Assembly: GCF_006345805.1 (NCBI RefSeq)
Contig: NC_043006.1
Span: forward strand, 42,718,001-42,782,000
Source: Octopus sinensis
Lineage: Eukaryota
Reading direction: 5' to 3'
DNA length: 64,000 nt
In this document: piece by piece, positions 24,703 through 39,976 of the stretch
How positions within the stretch are numbered: the stretch's first letter is position 1
Layout of the letters: each line of letters starts with the position of its first letter
Made by a program: the position numbers and the translations under genes
Notes under the pieces: generated by a model
Database searches by the model: none
What the model saw: only the letters and a program-made list of their open reading frames with translations
What the model was told of the DNA's origin: nothing

Positions 24703-26539
24703 GTGAGAGAGAATCGTGATGTGGTAGGAGAGAAGTGTGTTCGCATGGATGATGGTTCACTTGCGCTAAATGAGGATGCAAAGAGAGAGGTTTGGAGATG
24801 CCACTATGAAAGTTTGCTGAATAAAGAAAATGAATGGGATAAAGAGAGTCTGCCAAATGTTGACCCAACAGAGGGACCAGCTATCCGAGTTGATAGTTCC
24901 GTAGTAGCTAAGGCAGTTAGGAGCATGAAGACAGGGAAAGCCCCAGGCCCATCAGGAATTACTGCAGAGATGCTCAAAATATCTGGCAGTGTCGGCTATA
25001 ACCTAGTCACCCGTATAGTCAACCAGGTGATACACGAAGGAGTCATACCCAATGACTGGTGTAGCAGCATACTAGTCAACTGCTACAAAGGTAAAGGTGA
25101 TGCCCTGGATACAAATAATTACAGAGGTATCAAGCTGTTGGATCAGGTAATGAAGGTTACGGAGAGGGTCTTAGCCCAACTAATTAGAGAGAGAGTTAGT
25201 TTAGATGAGATGCAGTTTGGGTTTGTCCCAGGGAAAAGCGCCACTGATGCTATATTCCTGGTAAGGCAGCTGCAGGAGAAATACCTAGCCAGGATAAGCC
25301 CCTGTACCTGGCTTTTGTTGACATGGAGAAAGCCTTTGATAGGGTCCCCCGATCCCTCATCTGGTGGTCAATGAGGAAACTAGGGATAGATGAATGGCTG
25401 GTGAGGGCTGTGCAAGCCATGTACAGAGATGCCGTAAGTAAGGTTAGAGTTGGCAACATGTACACAGAAGAATTCAAAGTAGAGGTTGGGGTCCACCAGG
25501 GTTCAGTACTCAGCCCCCTCCTATTTATCATAGTCCTCCAGGCAATAACGGAGGAATTCAAGACCGGTTGCCCCTGGGAGCTCCTCTATGCTGACGACCT
25601 CGCTCTAATCGCTGAGTCACTATCAGAACTGGAGGAGAAGTTCCAGGTGTGGAAGGAGGGTTTAGAATCGAGGGCCTTAGAGTCAACCTAGCTAAAACCA
25701 AAGTACTAATAAGTAGAAAGGTAGAAAACCCACAAATATCATCAGGAAGATGGCCCTGTTCGATCTGTAGAAAAGGTGTAGGTAGAAACTCTATAAGATG
25801 TACCCAGTGTAAGCTATGGACACATAAGAGGTGCAGCAATGTCAAAGGTAGGCTAACTGGGAAGATAGTTTTTGTATGTGGCAGGTGCTCTGGAGCACTG
25901 ACCTCCGAAAATCTGCAGAAAACAACTTCTGTCACTTTCCGGGGGGAAAAACTAGAAGTAGTTGATAGTTTCCGCTATCTAGGTGACCAAGTCAGTAGTG
26001 GGGGTGGGTGCGCTGAAAGTGTAACTGCTAGAATAAGAATAGCCTGGGCAAAGTTTAGGGAGCTCTTACCTCTGCTGGTGACTAAAGGCCTCTCGCTCAG
26101 AGTAAAAGGCAGACTGTATGATGCATGTGTACGAACAGCTATGCTACATGGCAGTGAAACATGGGCCGTGACTGCTGAGGACATGCGTAAGCTCGTGAGG
26201 AACGAAGCCAGTATGCTCCGATGGATGTGTAATGTCAGTGTACTTACTCGACAGAGCGTTAGTACCTTGAGAGAAATGTTGTACCTAAGAAGCATCAGTT
26301 GTTGTGTGCAAGAGAGACGATTGCGCTGGTATGGTCATGTGGCGAGAATGGATGAAGAGAGGTGTGTGAGAAAGTGCCAATCCCTAGCAGTTGAGGGAAC
26401 CCGTGGAAGAGGTAGACCCAGGAAAACCTGGGACGAGGTGGTGAAGCACGACCTTCGGACGTTAGGTCTCACCATGGAAATGACTAGAGACCGAGACCTA
26501 TGGAAGTATGCTGTGCGTGAGAAGACCCGGCAAGACTAG
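24703..26539 (+). pseudogene. RTE reverse transcriptase ORF, frameshifted
   Basis: ORFs 24703-25374, 25323-25691 and 25649-26539 join into one RT plus thumb sequence. Confidence 0.9.
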
Positions 26540-26807
26540 TGAAGCCATAATCCATGGCCCCTACCTGGGACGTAGTCAGTCCACCTGTGCATACCTTCCT
26601 TCTTGTGACACTTGTGAAGACCTGTTGAGGCAAGTGAGAATCGAATCGAATCGTATCAAATCAAATCGAACCAAATCAAAATAGATGAACATCAATGGAA
26701 TTTGTATCCTTGTGGTACCAGTGCCGGTGGCACATAAGAAAACCATCCGAACGTGACCGTAGCCAGTACCGCAATGACTGGCCTCCGTGCTGAGGGCACG
26801 TAACAAA

Positions 26808-27123
26808 CACCATCCGAGCGTGGCCGTCCGCCAGCCTCGTCTAGCACCTGTGTCGGTGACACATAAGAAAACACCATCCGAGCGTGGCCGTCTGCCAGCC
26901 TCGTCTGGCACCTGTGTCGGTGGCACATAAAAAACACCATCCGAGCGTGGCCGTCTGCCAGCCTCGTCTGGCACCTGTGTCGGTGGCACATAAAAAACAC
27001 CATCCGAGCGTGGCCGTCTGCCAGCCTCGTCTGGCACCTGTGTCGGTGGCACATAAAAAACACCATCCGAGCGTGGCCGTCTGCCAGCCTCGTCTGGCAC
27101 CTGTGTCGGTGGCACATAAAATC
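26808..27123 (+). repeat. 63-bp minisatellite x5 in the RTE 3' UTR
   Basis: caccatccgagcg at 26808, 26872, 26935, 26998 and 27061. Confidence 0.95.
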
Positions 27124-27575
27124 ACCCACTACACTCTCGGAGTGGTTGGCGTTAGGAAGGGCATCCAGCTGTAGAAACACTGCCACATCTGACTGGCCTG
27201 GTGCAGCCTTCGGGCTTCCCAGACCCCAGTTGAACCGTCCAACCCATGCTAGCATGGAAAGCGGACGTTAAACGATGATGATGATGATGATGATGATTTA
27301 ATTATGGAAAGGAGGCAAACTGGCAGAATCATTAGCAGGCCAGGCAAAATACTCAGCAGCATTTCATCTGTCTTTATGTTCTGAGTTCAAATTCTTTCAG
27401 GACCTATGAAATAAATACCAGTTAAGCACTGGGACCGATCTAATAAATTTTCCCCCTCCCTGAACTTGCAGGCATTGTACCAAAATTTGAAACCTGTATC
27501 TTCATTGTTGTTCTTTTTGACTGCCTCAATTCAACTCTACAGAACTATGATAAAAATTATTCCATCCATGACTAT

Positions 27576-27665
27576 CACCTGAAGAAGGCTGGAGGGTATA
27601 TCAGCCAAAATGTTGTGTTAACAACAAACAAGATAAAAACAAATATCTGTCAAATGTAAATAATG
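27576..27665 (+). mobile_element. HHR-bearing family 3, copy B (3' part)
   Basis: CAC-CTGAAGA-A-GGCTG-GAGGGTATAT-CAGCC-AAAAT-GTT-GTGT; G12 lost by CpG decay. Confidence 0.75.
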
Positions 27666-27738
27666 TTTAAATTTTCTAGCTTGGTTTGTAGGTTAGACTC
27701 CTCCCAGTAATTATGCATCCCAACAGTCTTGAAATTAA

Positions 27739-27948
27739 CCCGTATATACCCCTGGTTGCGTTTGCACAACACAAAACCTGCTCCTACTTTGGACATGAAT
27801 GCGTTGGGAAGTATCTGACTGAGTACACAAAATATTCAGTAGGTAGTCGACACCCCTAACTAACAGTTGCATATTGTCCTTCTCTTCCAGATTGTGAAAG
27901 CTTACCAAAAGGCTAAATACAGTGAAATTTTTTATGGGCATATATGGG
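27739..27948. mobile_element. piggyBac-type MITE
   Basis: TTAA on both sides; termini cccgtatatacc / ggcatatatggg. Confidence 0.8.
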
Positions 27949-28198
27949 TTAAGACAGTAGGATGACATTTGAGAGAAAATTAGCAGCTATTTATAGCTGG
28001 AATTTGGCTGCTTTGTGATTGTTACAAAACTGTGAACTTAAGAAGTAAGATAATGGTAGTACTTCTGGCTTTCTGTGTTGCTGTTTAACCTACTTCAGCC
28101 CTGCCCAAATTAGTCTATGGTCGATGAAAGATATATATAAAATTTCCAGATAAATTTGTAGGTTAGACTCAGAGGACGCGTATCCTAGTAGTCTTGAA

Positions 28199-28643
28199 GG
28201 ATCTTTTCGGTTTGAACAGCAGTTATTAACATAATTTCTAGGTAATTAAAAAATTTGAAACTTCGTATACTGGTAGAATGTGTTTATAAAACATCTTTTT
28301 CTCTTGCCTTTATTGAGAAAATTCTATAGTTTGTAAGATATTTGTTGTTTTTTTTCTTCAATTTCTGCAATTTCAACCAATCAGTGACGTCTGTCGAGTT
28401 AAAAAGCATTCTGTGCCATATGAATATGTCCCTCGTTTAAGAAATAGATTGGGTTTATTTACATTTGTGAAGAAAAAAAGATACCCTTCCCCCACCCCTA
28501 ACCCTAACTAACCCTAACCCTAAAAGAGATTGAAATGCATGCCATCAAAATGACACTGGGGTAAAATATTCTAGGGTCATAATTATGGGTGACAATTTCA
28601 TATGACACTGCTAGAAAAACTGCCGTTCAAACCGAAAAGATCC
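28199..28643. mobile_element. MITE with 26-bp TIRs, 8-bp TSD and internal (CCCTAA)n
   Basis: ggatcttttcggtttgaacagcagtt / aactgccgttcaaaccgaaaagatcc (one mismatch); GTCTTGAA at 28191-28198 and 28644-28651. Confidence 0.92.
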
Positions 28644-29217
28644 GTCTTGAAATGCTTAAGACAGTAGGGTGATATTTGAGGGAAATTTGGCTGCTATTCA
28701 TAGAATATCAAGTGATCACATGTAGGATTCATGATGTCCTGTGTTGATTGCATTTTGTAAAGAGCTGTAATTCTAAGAAATGAAATAATGGAAGGAACTT
28801 CTTGATTCCTTTGTTGCAGTTTAACCCAGATCAACCCCAATCTGAAAGGTAAGATATTCCAATCAAAGTAAGATATTCCAACCATTATCATCCTTTTACA
28901 ACCATGCCCCTCATCTATAATTCAATGTGTCTTTGCTTCTTTTTTTGAGAATTATGTGTGATTTGTGGGAAAGGTCTTGTGATATCTAGTCATGTCTTTT
29001 TACATTTTGAAACTAAATCCTGTCTGAGTCAGCTTCATTTTTCATCCCTCTTGGGCTGATAAAATAATAAGATTATTTTAGAGATTATTTCATGTTGCAT
29101 TTCTTATTTTGTATTAGTCAAAATTAGAAAGGTTTTTGTCCATGGCTCTTTTTAGGGCTTCCATTACAGGTGATAGGAAATATCTTCAGATAGGAGATAT
29201 TGCATGAGTGTTTGCAA

Positions 29218-29677
<460 letters not shown>

Positions 29678-30030
29678 TTTGGCATATATGTGATCAGGAT
29701 CACAACATTGCCCTGAACAGGGCACTGGTCTGTAGCAGGGATCAAGGACAGCTATTTTGAGGGGAGGGGCTAAACCAATTACATCAACTCCACTACTTGA
29801 CTGGTACTTTATTTTATCAGCCCTTGGAGACTTTGGAATTTGGTACAGTCTTCTGTATTGCCAATTCCCATTGGAACATTTAACCCATACCAGAATTGGT
29901 TACTTGAGGAATTAATGAATAATGAGAAAATTCAAAAAGTCATGAACTAATGAAAAAAGAGAGATCAGAATAGTAAAATTCAATTTCAGGAGATGGAGAT
30001 ATTAAGTTGTTGAATTATAATGTTAAATAA

Positions 30031-30381
30031 TAGGTGCAGGAGTGGCTGTGTGGTAAGTAGCTTGCTTACCAACCACATCGTTCCGGGTTCAGTCCCACTG
30101 TGTGGCACCTTGGGCAAGTGTCTTCTACTATCGCCTTGGGCTGACCAAAGCCTTGTGTTTGTCCCCCAACATTGCTTAACAACAGATGCTGGTGTGTTTA
30201 TGTCCCCGTAACTTAGTGGTTCGGCAAAAAGGACCAATAGAATAAGTACTAAGCTTACAAAGAATAAGTCCTAGTGTCGATTTGCTTGACTAAAGGCGGT
30301 GCTCCAGCATGGCCACGGTCAAATGACTGAAACAAGTAAAAGAGTAAAAAAGAGTAAAAGAGTAAAAAAGAGTAAAAGAGT
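30031..30381 (+). mobile_element. SINE family 1 with internal deletion
   Basis: Head and tail match consensus; the central (TA/TG)n block is missing. Confidence 0.88.
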
Positions 30382-31244
30382 AATGATGAAATATCTAAAA
30401 AGCAAAATTGTCTCTTGCAGGATTTGAACTAAGAATCTATAGATTAGGAACTAAACACCATTGTGCATTTTCTTTAGAACTTTTCAGTTCAGCATCTTCT
30501 GCTTGTACAAAATAATTTTGTTTTTTTTCCCTCTGAGCTACTTTTTCAAGCACACCTGATAAATGTCCACAAAATATCTGATTTGAAGATGGGAGTTATT
30601 TAAACTTTCAGGAAATTGAATTAATGTAACAGTGTCTCGATTTAATACTAAGAAAGTTCTCATTGGAATGTGCAAAACTGCAGCAGCATACCCACATCTG
30701 CACCAATATTCGCATTGAAATGATGATTTTTTTTTGTTTTTGTATTTTTTGCACAAGCTACCGTTGTAAATCAATATTTTCATATGCATTGCAAACCAAA
30801 ATATGTTTGAGATCTCAGATAACAAATAGTTGCCTAAAGGGCCAATTAAAGCTACGATTAACAACGTTGAAACCAATATCCAATACCTTGTAATAAACAA
30901 TTAAAGCAAAAAAATTCTAAAACTTCTCATTTAACAGATTAAATTTTTAATATTATTTTTAATTGTCATCGATGGTAAGGAATAAGTATGTAACTACTGA
31001 TTAAAACTAAAAAAATTATTATGTCTCAATTATAACCAGATTTATTTATAATTAGTGTATATGTAAAAGAAAAATATATCAATTCTACGTCATGTGTTAA
31101 AATTTCTCTATACTACCTAATAAGGTTTCAAATAAAATAGTCTTCAAATAAGGTAAAAAAAAAACAAGAAAAAATAAATGGTGCTGTTGTTGCCCTTAAG
31201 TCTAAACCAATAATGCATTTGTTCATTATATAAATGAATTAAGG

Positions 31245-31665
31245 GTGGTGAGCTGACAGAATCATTAGCACACTGGGTGAAATGCTTAGCAGTATTTCGT
31301 CTGCCATCACATTCTAAGTTCAAATTCCGCCAAGGTTGACTTTGCCTTTCATCCTTTCGGGATTGATTAAATAAGTACCAGAAATTTTTTTACATTATTT
31401 ACATTATTTATATTTGACAGATATTTGTCCTCATCTTGATTGTTGTTAACACAACATTTCAGCTGATATACTTTCCAGCCTTCTTCAGGTGTCCTGGGTA
31501 AATTTCGAACCTGGGTTCTCAATCCTAAGGTATTTTTCGATAGCCCTAGGAACCATTATATCCGTTACCTAGTTTCCTGGGGTCAATGTAATCAACTTAA
31601 TCCCTTTGTCTGTCCTTGTTTGTCCCTTCTATGTCTAACCCCTTGTGGGCAATAAGGAAATAATT
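31245..31665 (+). mobile_element. SINE family 3 interrupted by HHR family 3 copy D
   Basis: SINE3 stops at taagtacca (31380) and resumes at ctggggtcaatg (~31577). Confidence 0.8.
31379..31577 (-). mobile_element. HHR-bearing family 3, copy D (HHR 31449-31492, nearly intact; tRNA head absent)
   Basis: ACAC-CTGAAGA-A-GGCTG-GAAAGTATAT-CAGCT-GAAAT-GTT-GTGT. Confidence 0.8.
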
Positions 31666-32399
31666 ATATAAATGAATATAAGACAGCGAGTGGGAAGAGT
31701 CTTTAGCATGCCGGGAAAAATGATAAGTGGTATTTCGTCTGTCTTGACATTCTGAGTTCAAATTCTGCCAAAGTCAACTTTGACTTTCATCCTTTCGGGG
31801 TCGATAAAAAAAAGTACCAGTCAAGGACTGGGTGTGTAGATGATGGTGTGTGGTGTGGGTGCTGGGAAATGGTCAGTGCTAGTGGGTTGGTGTGATGTGG
31901 TGTGGTGGGGAGGAGAGTGGTGTTGGAATGTGGGGATGTGAGGATAGGGGTATTGTGAAGCATGGGATGGTGTAGGTGTGTGGGGATAGTGTGGTAGTTT
32001 AGTTTGATGGAGTGAAGGTGTGGAGGTAGGGTGGGGTGTGTAGGAGTGAAGTGTGGGTGGAGGGGGTATCAATGAAGAAAGAATGTGGCCAAGATTAAAG
32101 AGAGGAAGTAGGTGTCAGATGAAGAGCGGAGAGGAGGTGAGTCAGATGAAGAGAGGAGGGGAGTTGAGCCCATGTGGGGCAAAGGAGCAAACGATGGGCA
32201 TCTTTCAGTTTCCTGAATTCTTTGTCTTTTATTAAAAAAGTTATAAAATTGGTAGCAGAAGATTATTGATTTGTCAAAATAAATAAAAATGATAAAATGA
32301 CAAGAACTTCTGTGCACTCATTTAACCTGCTAGAAGCAGCAGTTAAATCTCCCTCAAACCACATACTTTCATAAAAGAAGATCACACTGGATAATGTTT

Positions 32400-32772
32400 A
32401 CATGGCACTCCATCAGTTATGACAACGAGGGTTCCAGTTGATCCAATCAACGGAACAGCCTGCTCATGAAATTAATGTGCCTGTGGCTGAGCACGCACTC
32501 CACAGACATATGTATCCTTAATGTAATTCTCGGGGGAGATTCAGCATGACACAGAGTGTTACAAGGCTGGCCCTTTGAAATACAGGTACAACAGAAACAG
32601 GAAGAAAGAATGAGAGAAAGCTGTGGCGAAATAGCACAGCAGGGTTCGTTACCACCCCCTGCTGGAGCCTCGTGGCGCTTTAGGTGTTTTTACTCAATGC
32701 CCAGTCTGGGAATTGAAACTGCAATCCTAAAACTGTGAGCCTGCTGCCCTAACCACTGAGCCATTGCACCTT
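32400..32772 (-). mobile_element. SINE family 2 variant
   Basis: Matches 53120-53492. Confidence 0.8.
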
Positions 32773-33085
32773 CGCACCAGATAATGTAGATCTGGATAGA
32801 ATATACCAGGGGAAATGATGGAACTGTCAAGACTGGAATATCAGTCAATCAAAGGAAAACAAACAGAGTGACGCACAGATCAATACTAATCAGGACAGAA
32901 ATCTATATGTGATGTATCTGCAATGAAGAGGTGTTGAAAAGATGAGAGTTAATGTGAGAATAATGGTGACTGTGTTACTAATAGTTATTGATAGAATTGG
33001 TGATGATGGAAGTGGGTAATTACAGTCATAATGATAATGTTGGTGGTATTAGTAGCAGAAGAGGTGATAATGTTTATTTTAATGT

Positions 33086-33125
<40 letters not shown>

Positions 33126-33385
33126 TATTTATTTATTTATTTATATAATTTACATTGTAATGTGTGAACAGTAGTGTTAATCGTTACAGGTTTCTGACAG
33201 ATCAATCATTGTTAGTTCACTGCACATCTGGCAGTAAGAGTAACAAAGGGAATGTTTATAAGTCAGTACAGAGCAAATATTACAAGGGCCCTCACTCAGG
33301 TACACTGGGCTTCATATGTTTGTACCCCAGCATCACTTTGATGGCATGTGCTGCTCTATCATTACTGCTGCTGCTGCTGCTGCTG

Positions 33386-33448
<63 letters not shown>

Positions 33449-33497
33449 ATAATAATAATAATAATAATAATAATGATGATGATGATGATGATGATGA

Positions 33498-33898
33498 TAG
33501 GCGAAGGAGTGGCTGTGTGGTAAGTAGCTTGCTTACCAACCATATGGTTCTGGGTTCAGTCCCACTGCGTGGCACCTTGGGCAAGTGTCTTCTACTATAG
33601 CTTCGGGCCGACCAAAGCCTTGTGAGTGGATTTGGTAGACGAAAACTGAAAGAAGCCTGTCGTATATATGTATGTGTGTGTATATGTTTGTGCTTCTGTG
33701 TTTGTCCTCCCAACATTGCTTGACTACTGATACTGGTGTGTTTACGTCCCCGTAACTTAGCAGTTCGGCAAAAGAGACCGATAGAATAAGTACTAGGCTT
33801 ACAAAAAATAAGTCCTGGGGTTGATTTGCTCGACTAAAGGCGGTGCTCCAGCATGGCCACAGTCACATCACTGAAACAAGTAAAAGAGTAAAAGAGTA
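33498..33898 (+). mobile_element. SINE family 1, full length
   Basis: ggagtggctgtgtggtaagtag...gggttcagtccc head, CORE-like gcaccttgggcaagtgtctt, (AAAGAGT)n tail. Confidence 0.92.
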
Positions 33899-34050
33899 AT
33901 GATGCTGCTGCTGCTGATGATGATGATGGTAATAATGGTTTAAAATATTAGCTCAAGGCCAACTATTTTGGGAAGGGATATAAGTCAGTTACCTTGACCC
34001 CCAGTGCTCAACTGGTACTTATTTTATCGACCCCAAAAGAAAAATAATAA

Positions 34051-34592
34051 TGCCCTGATGCAGTACCAGACAGTGGCTCTCATGGCTTCTGATCTTAACT
34101 GATTGGAAGTGTTAACATGTACATTGTTTTGTCTTGGTATAAAAGATGGGCTACATCAAATATTCTGCTCAATACCACAGATTTGCTTGTTAGCTATTTG
34201 ACCTTAACTAGTTGAGCATGTCCCTTAGTGGTTGACAATATGTGCTTTTCTGATCATGAGCAGAAGTAGTGGGGAAGCATCATAGCCATTCTTTGGTGTT
34301 TGGATAATTCATTTCAGGAAAGTTGGGTGTTTCATTCAACATCCTTAAATAACCTTTATTCAGGGAGCATTCGAGAAGGATGGGCTACTCGACCTAATGA
34401 AAATTCTAACTGGGCCCCCACCTGCAAGGTCATGTGCTGTTTATCTTGATATGAGATCACCATGTCGTGTACATATGGTTGTGATGCATGTGCCTAGTGT
34501 ACCCTTATCAGACGGGTAGTCCTGATGGGTATACTGGGCTTCGTATATTTTACCCCAGTGTCATTTTGATGGCATGCACTGCTCTCTCACTC
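34051..34592 (+). mobile_element. ORF-less ~545-bp (TAA)n-embedded element (E545)
   Basis: Homologous over its full length to 57443-57997 and 58127-58645; ends ctctctcactc followed by (AAT)n. Confidence 0.8.
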
Positions 34593-34627
34593 AATAATAA
34601 TAGTAACAACAACAACAACAATAATGA

Positions 34628-35246
34628 TGATAGTGAAATTCTTGCGCAGAAAGAGTACAAGCGCAGCCACAAGGTAGCCCAAAACCTTCACAGGTTACTA
34701 TGCCAGAAGTATGGATACGAGGTTACTGGTGCTTGGTACCAACATACATCAGAGAAAGTAATGGATGAAAAGGGGAAGGCAAAAATCCTCTGAGACTTTC
34801 ACTTCCAGACAGGTGTTAGAGCACTGAAGGCTGGATATAGTAACCTTTAGGAGGGACAAACAAGAGTGCTTAATAATCGACATAGCAGTGCCAAGAGATC
34901 AACATATTACCATGAAAGAAAGAGAAAAGATTGATAAATATGGAGACCTGAGAATTGTGATCGTTAAGATATGGAAGCTACGAGAGTCAAACATAGAGGT
35001 TATCCTTATTGTCATCAGAGCATTGGGTTCAATACCAACCAACCTGAAAAAAACATCTGGAAACTTTAGAAATCCTCTACAATCTGGGTCTATTGCAAAA
35101 AATCAGCATTACTTGGAACTGCACACATATTGTGTAAAGTACTGTCTGTCTGAGGTCCTTGTTGTGACTTGACAGACAGGGCAAACCCTTGGTGGACACA
35201 ATATCTTCAATCAACAACATCATGATATTTGACATTGTGTAACATC
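34628..35246 (+). pseudogene. Second R4/Dong-like family, REL endonuclease plus 3' UTR fragment
   Basis: LAQKEYKR, KAKIL*DF, CLIIDIAVPRD, EKIDKYGDL and LLGTAHIL across frameshifts. Confidence 0.8.
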
Positions 35247-35250
35247 TTAA

Positions 35251-35471
35251 CCCTTTTGTTACCAACCTGGCTAAAACCACCTCTGGCTCTGTAGCACAAA
35301 TGTCTTGTTTTCAAAAGTTCTGAATTAAAATCTTCTGCCAAGCCTTAGTCACAATTTATGTTCCTAACACTAGCTTAACAATAACTAAGTCATTTTACAA
35401 AATACTTTACTATATCAAAAATAACTGAAAGAAAAACAGAGCATCTCAAAATAAATACAGTAATGAAAGGG
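35251..35471. mobile_element. piggyBac-type MITE
   Basis: TTAA-ccctttt...aaaggg-TTAA; same family as 39977-40451. Confidence 0.85.
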
Positions 35472-35487
35472 TTAAATAATAATAATG

Positions 35488-35542
<55 letters not shown>

Positions 35543-35543
<1 letters not shown>

Positions 35544-35810
35544 CTAAAAACAGAAACAATTTCTATCATACTAGGTGCACAAAGTATGATAAAAAAATAT
35601 TCAGACAACTACATAACAAAAACACCAGGACTTACAAATATATATAACATACAGAAAATTGCACTACTGGGCACTGCACACATCCTATGCAAAACGCTTT
35701 CAATACAGTAACCATAAGAACATCAAAACAAACCACAGCACATACCCAAGGCACACAGAGCTGCACGCGGTAGTGAAGTGAAAGGACAATATAAAAATAA
35801 AACTACTGAA
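35543..35810 (+). mobile_element. Dong/R4 3'-end copy (heavily 5'-truncated) in (TAA)n
   Basis: Matches ~38850-39100. Confidence 0.9.
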
Positions 35811-35833
35811 TGATAATAATAATAATAATAATG

Positions 35834-35864
<31 letters not shown>

Positions 35865-35910
35865 TAATAATAATAATAATAATAATAATATAATAATAAT
35901 AATATAATAA

Positions 35911-36177
35911 TCTAAAAACAGAAACAATTTCTATCATACTAGGTGCACAAAGTATGATAAAAAAATATTCAGACAACTACATAACAAAAACACCAGGACT
36001 TACAATATATATAACATACAGAAAATTGCACTACTGGGCACTGCACACATCCTATGCAAAACGCTTTCAATACAGTAACCATAAGAACATCAAAACAAAC
36101 CACAGCACATACCCAAGGCACACAGAGCTGCACGCGGTAGTGAAGTGAAAGGACAATATAAAAATAAAACTACTGAA
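35911..36177 (+). mobile_element. Dong/R4 3'-end copy, duplicate of 35543-35810
   Basis: Same 5' breakpoint (tctaaaaacagaaac) and shared variants. Confidence 0.9.
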
Positions 36178-36179
36178 TG

Positions 36180-39137
<2,958 letters not shown>

Positions 39138-39416
39138 CCTTTCTATTGTAGGCACAAAGCTTGAAATTCAGGGGAGTGGGATAATTGATTACATAGACCC
39201 CAGTACTCAACCGGTACTTAATTTATGGACCTCAAAAGACTGAAAGGCAAAGTTGACCTCAGTGGAATTTGAACTCAGAATGTAGCAACAGGCAAATACC
39301 ACTATGCAGTTTGTTTAGCATGCTAATGATTCTGTTAGCTTGCCATCTTAATAATAATAATAATAACAACAATAATAATAATAATAATAATGATAATAAT
39401 AATAACAATAATAATA

Positions 39417-39447
<31 letters not shown>

Positions 39448-39976
39448 TATTTTCTTTATTGCCACATGAGCAACAGATGAGGAGATACTATGAGAAGGGG
39501 TTATAAAAAAAGTGCAGGGCTTACAAAGAAATCAGACAAGTGAATGAAAATAGATGGTCTACATGGTAACATCTGTGTGTGTGTGTGTGTGTGTGAGTAT
39601 TCTGAAGTTTGAAGAAAGAGGACTGTCACGCAGGGCCAATCGGGAGGCCTCATGGATCCAGGATTACTCTGACTATGGAAGATTAAGGGCCTGGGGTTAT
39701 AAACACATACCCCTTCACAAAGTTCATGCCCATATACTCCTACTTACCTTTCAACAAATTCCTTGAAGAAAATGCTTCCCTTTCCAAGTAAAATTGGAAG
39801 AACTGATGAAAAAAGTTTTGCTAAAGAAGTATCGGTTCTCAATACTTTCTGTTCTAATATAGAAAGAAAGCCATGTTTTTTTTTTATAATATTTTTCTTT
39901 GTTTTTGAGGTTTATATTGAAACCAGTATTTAAGCCTTTTTTATTTAAACTGACCATATCCGGTCAAGTTATTTTA

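Larger units (their letters stand above)
24578..27297 (+). mobile_element. RTE-clade LINE, 5'-truncated (no endonuclease), RT plus Cys-rich finger, long 3' UTR, (GAT)n tail
   Basis: KAPGPSGI, NYRGIKLL, QFGFVPGKSATDAIF, DMEKAFDRVP, GVHQGSVLSPLLF, LLYADD and RLRWYGHVARM. The ORF is split by 1-bp deletions near 24640, 25291 and 25670. Confidence 0.95.

Noticed and set aside
26576-27255. Repetitive ORFs with 21-aa period; CRISPR-like appearance
   Set aside because: A 63-bp tandem in a LINE 3' UTR with no unique spacers; eukaryotic context, no cas genes.
28497-28522. Telomere or chromosome-end remnant
   Set aside because: Only about four units, internal to a TIR/TSD-bounded MITE.
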